A stretch of 64,000 nucleotides of DNA, taken from positions 4,392,677 through 4,456,676 of the forward strand of contig MU054117.1 in the NCBI GenBank assembly GCA_013239625.1, read 5' to 3'. Below are positions 12,341 through 23,752 of the stretch, in pieces. The position numbers and the translations under genes were made by a program. The stretch is from Lama guanicoe. Lineage: Eukaryota. The first letter of the stretch is position 1; each line of letters begins with the position of its first letter. Under the pieces are notes generated by a model. The model saw only the letters and a list, made by a program, of their open reading frames with translations. It did no database searches and was not told the DNA's origin.

Positions 12341-13104
12341 CCTACGTCCACTGCTATGACTCGCTCCAGGGCCTCACCCTCCACCCAGGCTGTGTCTGCG
12401 TCTTCCCGCAGCTGATCTCATACCTCACGCAGCTCCCAGAACCCACTCTCTAAAGCTCCACTTTGGTCCTATTTGCTCGCTACCCAAACTCCTAAGGTCC
12501 CATGCCTACTGTTCAAGCATCAGTGCTCACCCGCCTTTCAAAGACCCCTGACACTGGTCCCAGCTTCCCCCGAGTCTCATCTCTCCCACATCCACATGTG
12601 CTCCCCCGGAGAACTTAACCTCCGTGATTGGTGAGTATTCCTCGTGCATTTAGTCCCTGGACGTCTGCTCCATCCAAAACCCCTCCTCCCATCACTGCAC
12701 CCGACCTCGGCTAGAATCCTCACACTCAGAAGCGAACTCCTGCATCACTGAGTCTTCCCCAGTTCCTCCCAGATGGAAGAGTCCTTCCTTTTTCTGAACA
12801 AGCAGAGATTTGGGGCCTCTGATGTGGCAAGTCTACCAAATATCACGGTTATTTCACCTCAGGAAACTTTCATTAAACCTAGCTTTTGTCAGGACTGTTA
12901 GGTAATGGGGGTCGGGGCCTAAGACGTGGTCTCGACTTTTGGGGAAGTCACCATCTAGAGGGGAGATTCAACACATATTGCTGAAATCCTGTCCCAGGGA
13001 CCATAACTGTTTTAACACAAGTGTAAATGACCCACTCTGGGTACATGAGATTGGGAGGGACTGCAAGCTAATCTCACTGCAGGGATGAGAAAAAGCTTCA
13101 CACC

Positions 13105-13490
13105 AAATGCACTGTGCAGACCTCGTGTGGATCCTTGAACAAACCAACTACAGAAAGATAACTTGGGACAATCAGGAACATGTGGACATGGATTGAATAT
13201 GAGATGTTATTAAGGAATGATGGTTAATGGTTAGGTTAGGAAGAGTTTTATAGTTAGGTTGATTTTTTTAAGTGCTTGTCTGTTAGAAATACATACTGAA
13301 GTGTTCTCACATAAAATGATATAATATCTAAGGATTTCTTTAAACTATTCCAGCCCAAAAGGGGAGGAGAGCATGGATCCAACAACAATGGTGAGGCGGC
13401 CATCGCCACGGAAGCGGGGCTGCAGGCGCTGGGCTTCCTCACGCCCGTCTCTCCACTTGGGGCTGAAATTTTCCACAAACGGGACATTTA
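13105..13490 (+). mobile_element. Ancient L1 (L1ME-like) 3' end
   Basis: ggatccttgaac...gaaatacatactgaagtg...gatttctttaaa...tgaaattttcca. Confidence 0.75.
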
Positions 13491-14131
13491 AACTGCTTCC
13501 CCTAGGAGACTGTCAGCTTCCCGAGGGCCTACTCTGACTCTGGTTCGTCTTTTAGACACAGTCTCCAGCCCGGCACTCAGGACAGAACAGGAGCCAAGGA
13601 AGTGTCCGCCCAAAACGTGTCTGTTACAGACTCCTTCTGTGACCGTGACAGGTGCTGGAGCTGCCCCTGACCGAGGGCCGGCCGGCAGCGTGCACGGCCT
13701 GGAGCTGTGTTTTGGGGAAGTGCAGCAAACAAGTCAGGACAGCGAGGCACCTCTGAGACCACGCCGCTGTGGTGCATTTCCTTCTGACTCAAGGTTTCGG
13801 CCTGAGAACTTTGGCAGGAGGCGGAAGGGAAGGGAGGCGGGGAGGCATACCATTTCCTGTTCTAGAAAAGGGAAACTGAGACCTAGGGCCAGGAGGTGGG
13901 GCCCCACGCGTGGCAGCTGCTTACTGTTCACCAGTGACTCCTCCTGCCCGCCTGGGGTCTGCGTCCCTGCACGGTAAGGCGGTCAGGAGACCTGTGTGCA
14001 ATCCTAGCTTTGGTCTTGACAGTCGTATCCTGTCTTGGGCCTCCGGTTACCCATCCACGAAGTGAAGGACTCGGAGGCCCGTTTCCCAGCCCTGCTGTTC
14101 CAGAGGCCCCTGGTCCCGCCACGCGACCTAC

Positions 14132-14372
14132 CACACGGTGTGATGGTCTGAGAAGATGTCTTCGGGCTGGAAGATTTCACCGTCGTAGTAACAGGGGCAC
14201 TGGGCCCTGGGCACGCAGTCCCCCGCCTCATCCAGGTAGAGCCCGGAGGGGCAGAAGCAGCCCTCAAGGCAGACCTCGTGGCACTCGTCATCCGGGTGAG
14301 AGAGGGAGCGGCAGGTCGCGTTGCAGGGGGCCCCGCACTGCAGGTACACCTGGCCCCGCGGGCAGCTCAGGG
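14132..14372 (-). CDS. VWF: VWF exon 16 (241 nt)
   Basis: tcccccag|CCCT...TGTG|gtaggt; [79 protein letters not shown]. Confidence 0.97.
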
Positions 14373-14679
14373 CTGGGGGAGAGGGCAGGGAAGCACGGCC
14401 TCAGAGGAAACATTAAGATGACCGGGACTGCGGTTCTAGGACTGGGGGTGGCACCCCTTGCTGCTGGGGCCCCAATTATGTCCGTACGGTCACTGCCTTC
14501 CCTTCGCATCAGGAGCAAAAGTGTATTTTTACGTTCACAACTGTCTGTTATAATGACGGATGTACAAAGCCTGGGACATAACTGAAATCCTGGTGGACTT
14601 CAAAGCTGTGAATAGTAAAAAGAACCAGCAGGTATGGGCAAGGCCATTTCTCCTGTGATGATAATAACAAGAACAGCTA

Positions 14680-14900
14680 CCACTAATTAAGCACCTACTG
14701 AATACCCTGCTCTTCGTGTGGGTTTTATGCCTCTTACGCTCCTCTCAGTGAGTTCGATCTCGCAAGCCCGTCTCTGCAGGTGAGAAAACTGACACTTGGG
14801 CTAAGTGACTCGTCAGGGTCACGCGTCCCAGGGAGAGGCAGAGGCAGGATTCCAGCCGAGCTCTCTGTGACCCAAAAGCTCATGCTCTTAACCATTACGC
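14680..14900 (-). mobile_element. MIR SINE
   Basis: taagcacctac...caggtgagaaaactga...aaagctcatgctcttaaccattacgct. Confidence 0.8.
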
Positions 14901-17344
14901 TCTAGAAAGGGAAACAGTCCCCTAGGAACCAGTCTCTTAGGACGCACCAGTCACGAAGGGCAGGGACACTCTTACAGCTGCCCCAGCGGAGCCAACAGCA
15001 CCCATTACCCACAGATCTCCCCCTCCCTGGCCTCCACATCCAGAAAGGACAACACAGAGAAGCCGAGAGGAAGCTGGGCAGAGGGGCAAGGCAGCAGGAG
15101 GGGGAGCGCCAGATCCCACGCTCCTGGGCTGGAGCCCCAGTCCTGCCGTGCTGTAGCCATGTGACCCTGAGCGATGTCCTCCCTGGAACATGGTGATGAT
15201 GTCCCCCTGGGTGGCGGTGGCAGTGAAGTGAGCGGACAGGTTTAACCATGCCCCGCCCGTGGGAAAGGTCCATAGCTGTTACTGACACTGTGATCACTGG
15301 GGAGACGCAGCCCCAGCTCCGCAGGCTCCAGGCAGAGGACCCAGCGCTGGTGGATCCTGGCGGGCACACAGCCGATTCCTATGCTGACAGTCCCCTCGTG
15401 AGCACCCTGATGACAGAACCTTTACTGGGAGATGTGGGGAGCCCTTGGCTCTTTCTAAACGCTTTCCCGTTGCTGATCCGCTGCTGTCCGAGAAATGAAC
15501 ACCTCACTCTGGGGACACGCCTCCCAGGGCCATTAGAACCCTGCCCTCTCTGTTCAGAGCCACTTCTACAGCAGAAACCCACTGGCTATATTCCACGGAA
15601 GCTGTAAAGGGACAGGCTGACCGTGAACCTGAGAAACAGCCGAGCCCTGCAGTCTGCCCTCCTACCACTGCTCCAGGCGTGCTGTTTGAGGGAAGCTGGG
15701 AGGGGAAGAGTTCCGACGCTGTTAGACACAGACTTTGCTCTGAACCAGCAGAGAGGCGGGGTCGTAGGATGAGTATTTTAGGTTGTGGGCGGGTCAAGAC
15801 GAGGCACATTGGGCCATAAGGATGGGAATCCCATTCAGTCTATTGCACCTACGACTATGGCACATGCCACCCATCCAGGAGGAGCTGGAGCTGGGAGCTT
15901 TCTTCCTCTGATGGGACTATCTCCACAGCTGGCCCGGAGCCGTATTAAATTTCTCCTTCTTCCCCAGAAGTGATGCGCATCTCAGTTTAACAGATGTTGA
16001 CTGGGTGCCCGTCGCTTGCCAGAGGCTGTGCTAGGCTCGGGGACGCAGAGATAGTAGGACTTGGCCTCTGCCTTCAAGAGACCAGGGTCTTGTCTTCCCA
16101 AAGGAAACATAACCAATTTACAAAGGGAAAATGTGGGTGATTCCCTGGAATCTTCTCATGACACCCCACAAAGCAGCTACCAACGAGTCCTTGCTCCATG
16201 AATGTCCCCAGGGCGAGTGGCCCCTTCTCAGGGCTGGAGTCAGTGGTGGAGAGAGAGCTGTTCGTTTCTCAGGAAGGGGAAATGAGGCACAGGATGGAGG
16301 CAGGAACCCAGGAATCCTGCCCCACTTCCTTGGACCTCAGAGTTGGCCACTGGGCTGGTTTTCTCTGGTTCACCTCATAAAGACAGATCCCCCTTGCCCC
16401 TAAACGTCTCCAGGGACAGCTCCTTCCTGCCACGCACACTTCCCATTATATCCTGAAGCCTCAGGAGTCAGGAAACTAACCCAAACTCTCTGTCCCTGCT
16501 GCTGCGGAGCCAGCCCACTATCATTCCACCATTGGAAACAACTTGTTTTCTGCCAAGAAAATGCCTTCTAAAAGCCAGGTCAAGTGCACCACCTCCAGAA
16601 AGCCCTCCTTGGTTGCCCCTGCCCTAATTAATTATTCTTTTATTCAGTGTGATAGGGAAGCAGTTTCCGTCTGTGCCTCAAAAGTTCAGGCTCTACGCAC
16701 TGCTACTGCCTGGCCATGCCAGGCACTCAGCAAATGTCCCCAGAACAACAACAGCAGCCAACCAGGGGGCCAGAGTGTGGGGCAGATGGCAATTCTGGTG
16801 CCAGGTGTCTAACAGCTCAGACTGAGACTCCAGCACAGGCTGCAATGACGTGATTGTACTTTACATGACTTTACACAGCGCCAGAGATGTGGGCCGGGAC
16901 TGTGTGGACGGCTCACCTGAAGTTATAAGCAGAGGGTTGGTACATGCATCCCCCATCACTTCATCAGACCCTCCAGGGATGCAGGGACCCACTGGCGTCT
17001 GGGACCCACTCACTCCTCAACCTGGTCTACAAGTATCCCACACTAGGTGGGAGCAGTGACAGGAAATCTCTGCCAGGCGGAGACACCATGGATTTAGGCC
17101 TCTAGGTAGGGGATCAACTTGCCCTCCGGGAACAAGCCTGTCGCCACTGCCTGTCCTGCAGGGAGATGGGAGGGGAACGTGGCCACAAATGACCGGTTCC
17201 CACAAGGCCTTTGTCGGATGCCCTGGGCGTCTCCGAATGCAGTCATACAGAGGCAGCGCTCTGAGGACCAGCGTGGAGGCCCCTGGGTGTCCGAGCGGAT
17301 CCGGCTGGGTCTTGTGCAGGGGCGGGGGCAGGGAGGGCACCCAC

Positions 17345-17560
17345 CACAGAAGCCGGGCTCCCGCCACGCGATGTGCACGCCTCTCCGGGCGCAGGCCGCC
17401 GCGTAGCTGGCCACCGCGTCGCACAGGCAGTCTCCTCCGTCAGAGCACGAGCACACGTCGTAGCGGCAGTTCTGCAGGTAGGGCAGCGGGCCCACGGCGC
17501 TGTGGCAGGCCTCGAACTTGGGGGACGTCAGGACGGCGCAGGCCTCCTCCGCGAACCTGG
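17345..17560 (-). CDS. VWF: VWF exon 15 (216 nt)
   Basis: ccccacag|CCAG...TGTG|gtgggt; [71 protein letters not shown]. Confidence 0.97.
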
Positions 17561-18289
17561 CTGTGGGGACAGAGCGGCGGCGTGGCCGGGGCGGCGCACA
17601 GCCCGAGCCCCGCGCGCGCCCAGACCCCGCGGCCGCAGGCTCCGAAACCCCGCCCCGCGCCTCCCTCTGCACCAACGGCAGAAGCAACGTCTCTCGGGTC
17701 CGGGAAGCACTGCAAGTTTTCTTCCGCAGCCGTCTACTTTTTTGATTGGCTTAAATACAGAATCAGCTGCATTTCCCCAGCACATGCCCACCGACAGCGG
17801 AGACTCGGTTCCGCGATGAGCTGGGGCAGCTGGTCGGGCTGAAATGCTGCTGCAGGCGAACCTGCCCACGGCCGCCCCGGCGCCCCTCCCCAAGGATGAC
17901 TGAGTCTGAGTCCGTGTCCCGGCTGCTCCTGCAGACCCAGAGTGTCCCGGGGAAGGGTTACGGGCTACTCTTTTCTTTCCCAGGGCGCGGCCCACGGAGG
18001 GCGCGCAATAAAGAGACTTTGAAGAATAAATGATCCACATGTAGACAGTCAAATGCTGATGGTGAAAACAAAGACCCACCCACTCACCCCCAACAGGACC
18101 CGTCCTCGGAGGCACTGGAGCCCGGGGAGCTAGAAGCTCCGGGGGCCTACGTTCCCCCGCCGCCACGGTGGGCACACCGTCCATCCGCGGAAGGCACTGG
18201 AACCCGGGGGAGCTCTGGTCTGAGGGGTGCGCCCCTGCCCCTCACCGCCCGCGGAAGGCGCCGGGCCCCGGGCCCCCGGGCTCACGTAC

Positions 18290-18485
18290 TCTGGCGCGGG
18301 TTGAGGCTGCACGGGTCGCTGGGCTGCCTCCGCAGGTCCTCGCAGTCTCCGCGCAGCTTCCAGGAGTTCCCGAAGTGCTCGGCCAGCGGCTCCGCCAGGC
18401 CCGCGGGCGTCAGGAAGTCGTCCCGCCGGTTGCCGTTGTAATTCCCGCACAGGCCGCAGGTCCTCCCCGCGTAGACTGGGGACAG
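18290..18485 (-). CDS. VWF: VWF exon 14 (196 nt), D2 CGLC motif
   Basis: tccggcag|CTGT...CAGA|gtacgt; [65 protein letters not shown]. Confidence 0.97.
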
Positions 18486-20756
18486 CTGCCGGAGGACAGA
18501 CCAGCTGGGAGCAGCTGCCGCCAAAGCAGCCACAGCTCTCTGTCGCTAATGAGATGGCTTTCCCCAAAAACGCGCCCCAGGTGAAAAATAAATACGAATT
18601 TAATAAACCGCAGCTAAGCCCTGAGCTACAGAAGGGAATAAAAAAGGGAAAAGGGAAGCGCAGTATCTGCTCACCACCAGCTCCACCCCCGGCTCTGAAA
18701 CCATTAGTCAGAGACCCGCTGTGTAGGAAGGCATTTAGAGATCATCCTGTCACTTAAAGAGAGCTACTGCGACCCAGACAGGGACAGCGACTTGCCTGAG
18801 GTCACACAGCTGGGACCAGCAGCTGGGGCCAGCAGCTGGGCGGGGCTCTGCCGCCCTGCTTGTCAGAGACACCCAAGCCCGTGGACCCTGATGCCCACGG
18901 CAGCGCAGTGAAAAGCCAGCGGACCTTTAGTGCCCATTTATCCATCGCCCGCATGGGGGAAGCAGAACATACATCGCTCTCAGAACATGCATCGGATGGC
19001 AAAGAAGAACACCTTCCTAACTTCTTGGTTTTGACTCAGCCACTGAGCATCATTGAGGAAAAAAGGCCATAAGCTGAGGACCCCAGGGGTTGTGATCATG
19101 GCCGGCGGAGGTGGTGGTCAGTGAGGACTTGGGGACAGCCTGCGGGGGTGGCCAGGAGGGGTGCTGGCCACCAGCATGGGGCCTGTTCTCCAGGCTTCAA
19201 GCCCAAGGTGCACATTCAGGGAGGACTTGGGGAGCTGAGCCTGTACCCCAACAAGGTACAACCGGGGGCATCTGCCCATCTCTGTTGGGAGGGCCCTGGT
19301 TCAAATCCAGGCAGGGGCGGGGTCCCCATGTCCCTGACTCCTGCCCTACTGATCGTCGCAGCTGTGTGCCCTCCTGTGTTCTGACCCCTGCATGCTGTGG
19401 GCCTGGCCCCGGGCGTCATCTCTAGCAACCCCTTCCAGCCTCCGGCTCTGATTCACAAGATGCAGGATGAATAATCTCGGGGAGGTTCGGGACCCATATA
19501 AAACGTACCCAGATAAATATCATTAACAGGGAAGAACACAGAGTCACGTTCCCTTGTTTTGCTTTAAAACATCAGGTGCTGGCACGTCCATCGGGGACCC
19601 GGCCCTTCCCTGGCCTCCCACGGAAAACGTCAGTCCCCCTGACCTGGCCCTTCCGGCCCCTCCTCCACTGCACCCATCTCCCCAGGGTTTATCACTTCTC
19701 ACATAGGATACAGTTTCCTTATTGGTTTAGTTTATCATCCAACTCCCCACCCATTAGAATTTAAACTGAACAAAGCCAGGATTCTGGTCTGTTCTGTTTC
19801 ACTGTTGTCACCTCAGCCTCAAGTTCAGGGAGTGAACGGGTCACCAACGTCTGGACAAGGTCGTGAGCGAGAGAGGCGCTCCTCCGGAAGCCGCTGAAAC
19901 GCCACGCCAACGCCCAACACATCGCCCTGGGAGCCCCTGGCGTGCCTCACCCGGCTGCCTTTGGGGGACAGCTGTGTCCACCCTGCTGCTCCCCGGTGGC
20001 CTGCCTCCAGCCAGCGTCCTCCGCCCAGCAGTCCCCACAAACCCCAGGGTCAGCAGCCCCCTGCACAAGCACCTCCTTTCCTCCTCTGACCCAAATACAT
20101 AGGGCTTTCCACAGGCCAGGAGTCGTCCGCCCCATCCTGAATCTTGAACAACGAAGGCTTCTTATTAGACCGAACCCCACCCGGAGCTAAGTCTGCACCC
20201 CATCCCCACAGAAACAAGTCCTCTTCTCTCCTCAGAGGAGACAAAGGACCGAGGAGCCTGCGGGGAAGACGAGATGTTCAGGAAGGACCTGAGGACGGTG
20301 GGGAGAGCCCCGCAGATCAAGAGTGCCCTTCGGTGACGTAGGAGGTGCCCAAGAAAGTGGCTGACGGGGCAGCCCCCTGAAGACCGGGGTGCAGGTGACC
20401 CGAGATCTGCTCTCACTCTGTAACCGAGTGACCCTGAGGCCTGGAACAAGTCACTTTCCTGCCCCAGACATGAAAGATCTTTATTTCCAACTTAACTACG
20501 AGAGGGATTGGCAAAGATCTCCAAGAGCTTCCTGCTCTATGGTCTGTGGTTGCAGGTTTAAGTTTTATAAAAGAAAAAAAAAGGCGTTGATTTGGAACTC
20601 TCTCAGGGACATTAAGATAAGAGCAAGAACATGACATGATGAGAGAGGAGGAAATGAGGATGTCTTAGGGCCACCCCAACGCCCATCCCAGGATTGTGCC
20701 GAGGACCGGTGAAAGATGGGGCCTGGGGACTCTTCAGGGGTCCTAGCATATCTAGA

Positions 20757-21263
20757 GCAGGGGTCCTCAAAGTGTGGTCTTGGGACCCATGGGGGGTGGC
20801 CCCTGAGGTCCTTTCAAGGGGTCGACGCGGCCAAAAGTATTTTCATAATCACAGGAAGCCGCTACTTGGCTTTCTCCCTCTCGTGCTCCGCAGTGTGCAG
20901 TGGAGCTTCCCGGAGCCTGCACGACACGTAACGCTGCAGAAGACTGAGTGCCGCGGATGAGACTCCAGCTGTCTTCTAGTCAACCAGCCATCAAAGCAAC
21001 TTGCAGACACGTAAAACAATGGTATGCTTCTCAACACTGATTTTTGTTTTGGAAAACAGATTCTTTTTAAAGTGTATAGTAATGTGTAGTAGCTTTATTA
21101 TTGTTAACTTGCCAGTGAATTCATACGTATGATTTTAAATGTCCCTGATTTAATTTCTAACCTGGTAAACATCAATAGATACAAACTTCATAAAGGATCC
21201 CGGGGTCCTCAGTAAATTTTAAGATTGTGAAAGCATCTGAAGACCAAAACGGGAGCAGCACTG
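20757..21263 (+). mobile_element. hAT-Charlie relic (Charlie4a-like)
   Basis: caggggtcctcaaagtgtggtc...tattttcataa...gtaaaacaatg...cagcactg; homologous to 38606-39100. Confidence 0.75.
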
Positions 21264-21891
21264 GGCTGGCGGCAGTGACGCCGCCTGGAGAGCTAGCCCA
21301 GCTCTGCCCGCAGCGGGGTGTGCGGCCCTGGGCCCAGCTCCCAGCCCTCGAGCGCCTTGGTTGCTTCATTTAGGAAACAGCAGTGACAATACCTTCTAGG
21401 GAAATTTCAGAGGGAAGAACACACAGGGAAGCCCTGTGAATGTATAGATTCCTATCCACCTGCAACTCTGGGACCACAGGGAGCGGGGGAGTGGTCCCGA
21501 GGCTGCAGGGGCCCCAGGACAACCCTTCCCAGGCCATGCGGACACAACGCAGGGTCTTGGCTGTGAGTCCCACAGCAGCTCCCGGGGACACCCCCTGATC
21601 CCAGGCCTTGCTGCAGCCAGGAGCCTGGGCAGCAAACCTGCTGCCTCCCCAGCCCTGCAGGAGTGCCCCGAGTCTGGGGGCCCTTGAGGTACCAGAGCCC
21701 AGAGGTGAGAACTCCCGGGGTGAATGAGCGGCGTCCAGACAGCAAACACCAGCCTCTCACACACAAGAGAGGCCTGTCCCTGGCCTTGGGGAGAAAGGAA
21801 TTCTCCTCCCACCCCGAGCTCTCCCACCAGAGCACAATGGGGACTCTGTGAGGTCTGGCTGCGGGGGGGCCGTGCGCGGGAGGGCACCTAC

Positions 21892-21992
21892 CTTCACCAG
21901 CAGCCTCCCGCGGCCGTCCCAGTCTATCTGCAGGTCCTCCCCATAGCCGAGGTGCACAGAGGCCGTCACTGTGCGCTGAATGCGGAGGCTAC
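21892..21992 (-). CDS. VWF: VWF exon 13 (101 nt)
   Basis: ggttccag|GTAG...GAAG|gtaggt; [34 protein letters not shown]. Confidence 0.97.
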
Positions 21993-22240
21993 CTGGAACC
22001 AAGCGAGGACAGGATTCAGGCTAAGATGGGGAGAGAGCAGGGGGTGGCAGGCAGGTGGATCTTAGGGAGAGATGGGGTATCTCACAAAGGACTGTAGAAT
22101 GAAAGCAGTGAGTTAGGGGGCATCTGGGGATGTACATGAGGCTTAAGGGGGGGGTGTCTCAGAGGAAAGGTGCTCAGAGTGGGTGTAGTGCAAATAAATA
22201 AGGCTTCTCAGGAAGGTGCCTCTGTAGTCCCTCCGTAACC

Positions 22241-22273
22241 TGCCATTCCCTATACTGCCACCAGGGGGCAGCA
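22241..22273 (+). promoter_or_regulatory. CTCF motif with putative upstream (ZF9-11) module
   Basis: tgccattccc-tatac-tgCCACCAGGGGGCAGCA. Confidence 0.7.
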
Positions 22274-22938
22274 GAGGCTCCTGCGTCCTTGGCTTAGGCA
22301 GGTGCCCTGAGCCTGGATCTGTCTTCAGGTGAATCTCTAACGCCCTGGGCCCCTCTGCTGTTGCACATGCGTCCAGGCTGAGTTACTCAGTCCTTGCATC
22401 TGAGCAAAGCTGACACAAGGTAGGAGGCATACCTCTTGCCCTAGGGAGAGACACACTGCGTTAAACACACACGGACACACTGTGTGCCCACTGGCCCGAG
22501 CTCACCCACAGAGTGCAATGCCAGAATAACAGGCCATGGGGCGTTCATGGTCAGGAATAAGAAGAGGGGAGGGGTCTGGGAAGTACTTTGAGAGTGAAAG
22601 TTGAGATTATCCCATGCAAAATGGCACTGCTACCTGCTAAAGTCACTGAAAAGGTTTCCCCACAGGTCACAGGGTCACCTGGCTTTGCCCATGACGTCCT
22701 CGGGTCTGACCCATCACCAGCCACCTTGCCCCCAGCCAGTGTCCTCTGCTTATCCTCCTCTTCCAGGAAGCTTTCCTTTCTTGCAGGATGCAGGCCAGGA
22801 TACCCAGTCTGCCCTCCAAAGATAGCTCTCCTTCCCATTTTCACAGAAGAGCCAGGCAGAGAGCATGGCTGAAGGGTGGGGACACTGAGGATGAGCTGGG
22901 AACTGGGCAGGGGGACCGTGGGGGAGGAGGGAGCCCAC

Positions 22939-23077
22939 CTTGCAGGAGGGGGATCTGGACGTCCTGGCCGTCCACGGCGACTCCTCCCCCATGCTTCAGC
23001 TTCACAAGGCTGTTGTGCGGGCTGGACAGGCGTACAGTGACAGAGCGAGTGCAGACAGAGTCGGGGTCATCGGCACA
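22939..23077 (-). CDS. VWF: VWF exon 12 (139 nt)
   Basis: tcttggcag|TGTG...CAAG|gtgggc; [46 protein letters not shown]. Confidence 0.97.
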
Positions 23078-23527
23078 CTGCCAAGAGTGGCCCCAGAGTG
23101 ATGTCATTGCACCCCCGCCAGCCCAGCAGCCCCACCCAGTTCCCTTCACTCGGGGAAAGACCCCAACCCAGACGGCAGGCCTTCTCACACGGGACCACTC
23201 CCTTCTCACAGAATGATCTCTGGGAAGGGCCCTGGCCCAGGCCTCAGCCCTGCCCAGCTCCCCGGGGTCCCCACACCCGTGCCCAGCCTGGTCTGGCCCT
23301 TTGTAAGGATTCTAGGCCTCGCTGGTCCTTGTTCCTTGGGCCTGCGGTTCCAAAGGCAGGCAGGGACTTGGGTCCCCAGGGGAGCCCCCATGCCCCATCT
23401 TTCCTCCCCTCTGTTCAGTTGACCAGAGGAAAGAAGTGCACAGGGGTGCGCGGCAGCGCAGCCGAAGGGATGGGGCCAGCTTCCCCGCCCCCACCAAGGT
23501 CAGCTGGACTGCCTTGCCCAGGCTCAC

Positions 23528-23664
23528 CTGCACGGTATCTATGATGACAGAGAAGGAGTGGTCCTGGCAGTCCCGGGCCAGCAGGTACTGGCAGACCCCG
23601 CTGAAGGTGAAGTACTTGTTATCAAAGCTCTTGAAGTGGGACTGTCCTGTGACGAGACACTCCC
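23528..23664 (-). CDS. VWF: VWF exon 11 (137 nt), start of D2
   Basis: gaccccccag|GGGAG...GCAG|gtgagc; [46 protein letters not shown]; hand-translated. Confidence 0.97.
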
Positions 23665-23752
23665 CTGGGGGGTCACAGGGAAGGGGAGAGTGTGTGTCCC
23701 AGTGGGTCCCCTGGTCGGGGGGACACAGGGAAGGGGAGAGTGCATGTCCCAG
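23661..23752. repeat. Tandem duplication of the exon 11 splice-acceptor region
   Basis: tcccctgg(gg)ggtcacagggaaggggagagtgtgtgtcccag (23661-23702) versus tcccctggtcggggggacacagggaaggggagagtgcatgtcccag (23707-23752). Confidence 0.9.

Larger units (their letters stand above)
17340..18520. promoter_or_regulatory. Intragenic CpG island spanning exons 14-15
   Basis: Visibly dense CpG/GC in both exons and in flanking intron (e.g. cgcgcgcgcc, ccgggccccgggcccccggg); not computed. Confidence 0.75.

Noticed and set aside
18281..18290. Tandem +4 donors at exon 14 (gtac|gtgag) and exon 10 (gtag|gtgag)
   Set aside because: GTNNGT overlap is inherent to the donor consensus and common; no evidence of use.
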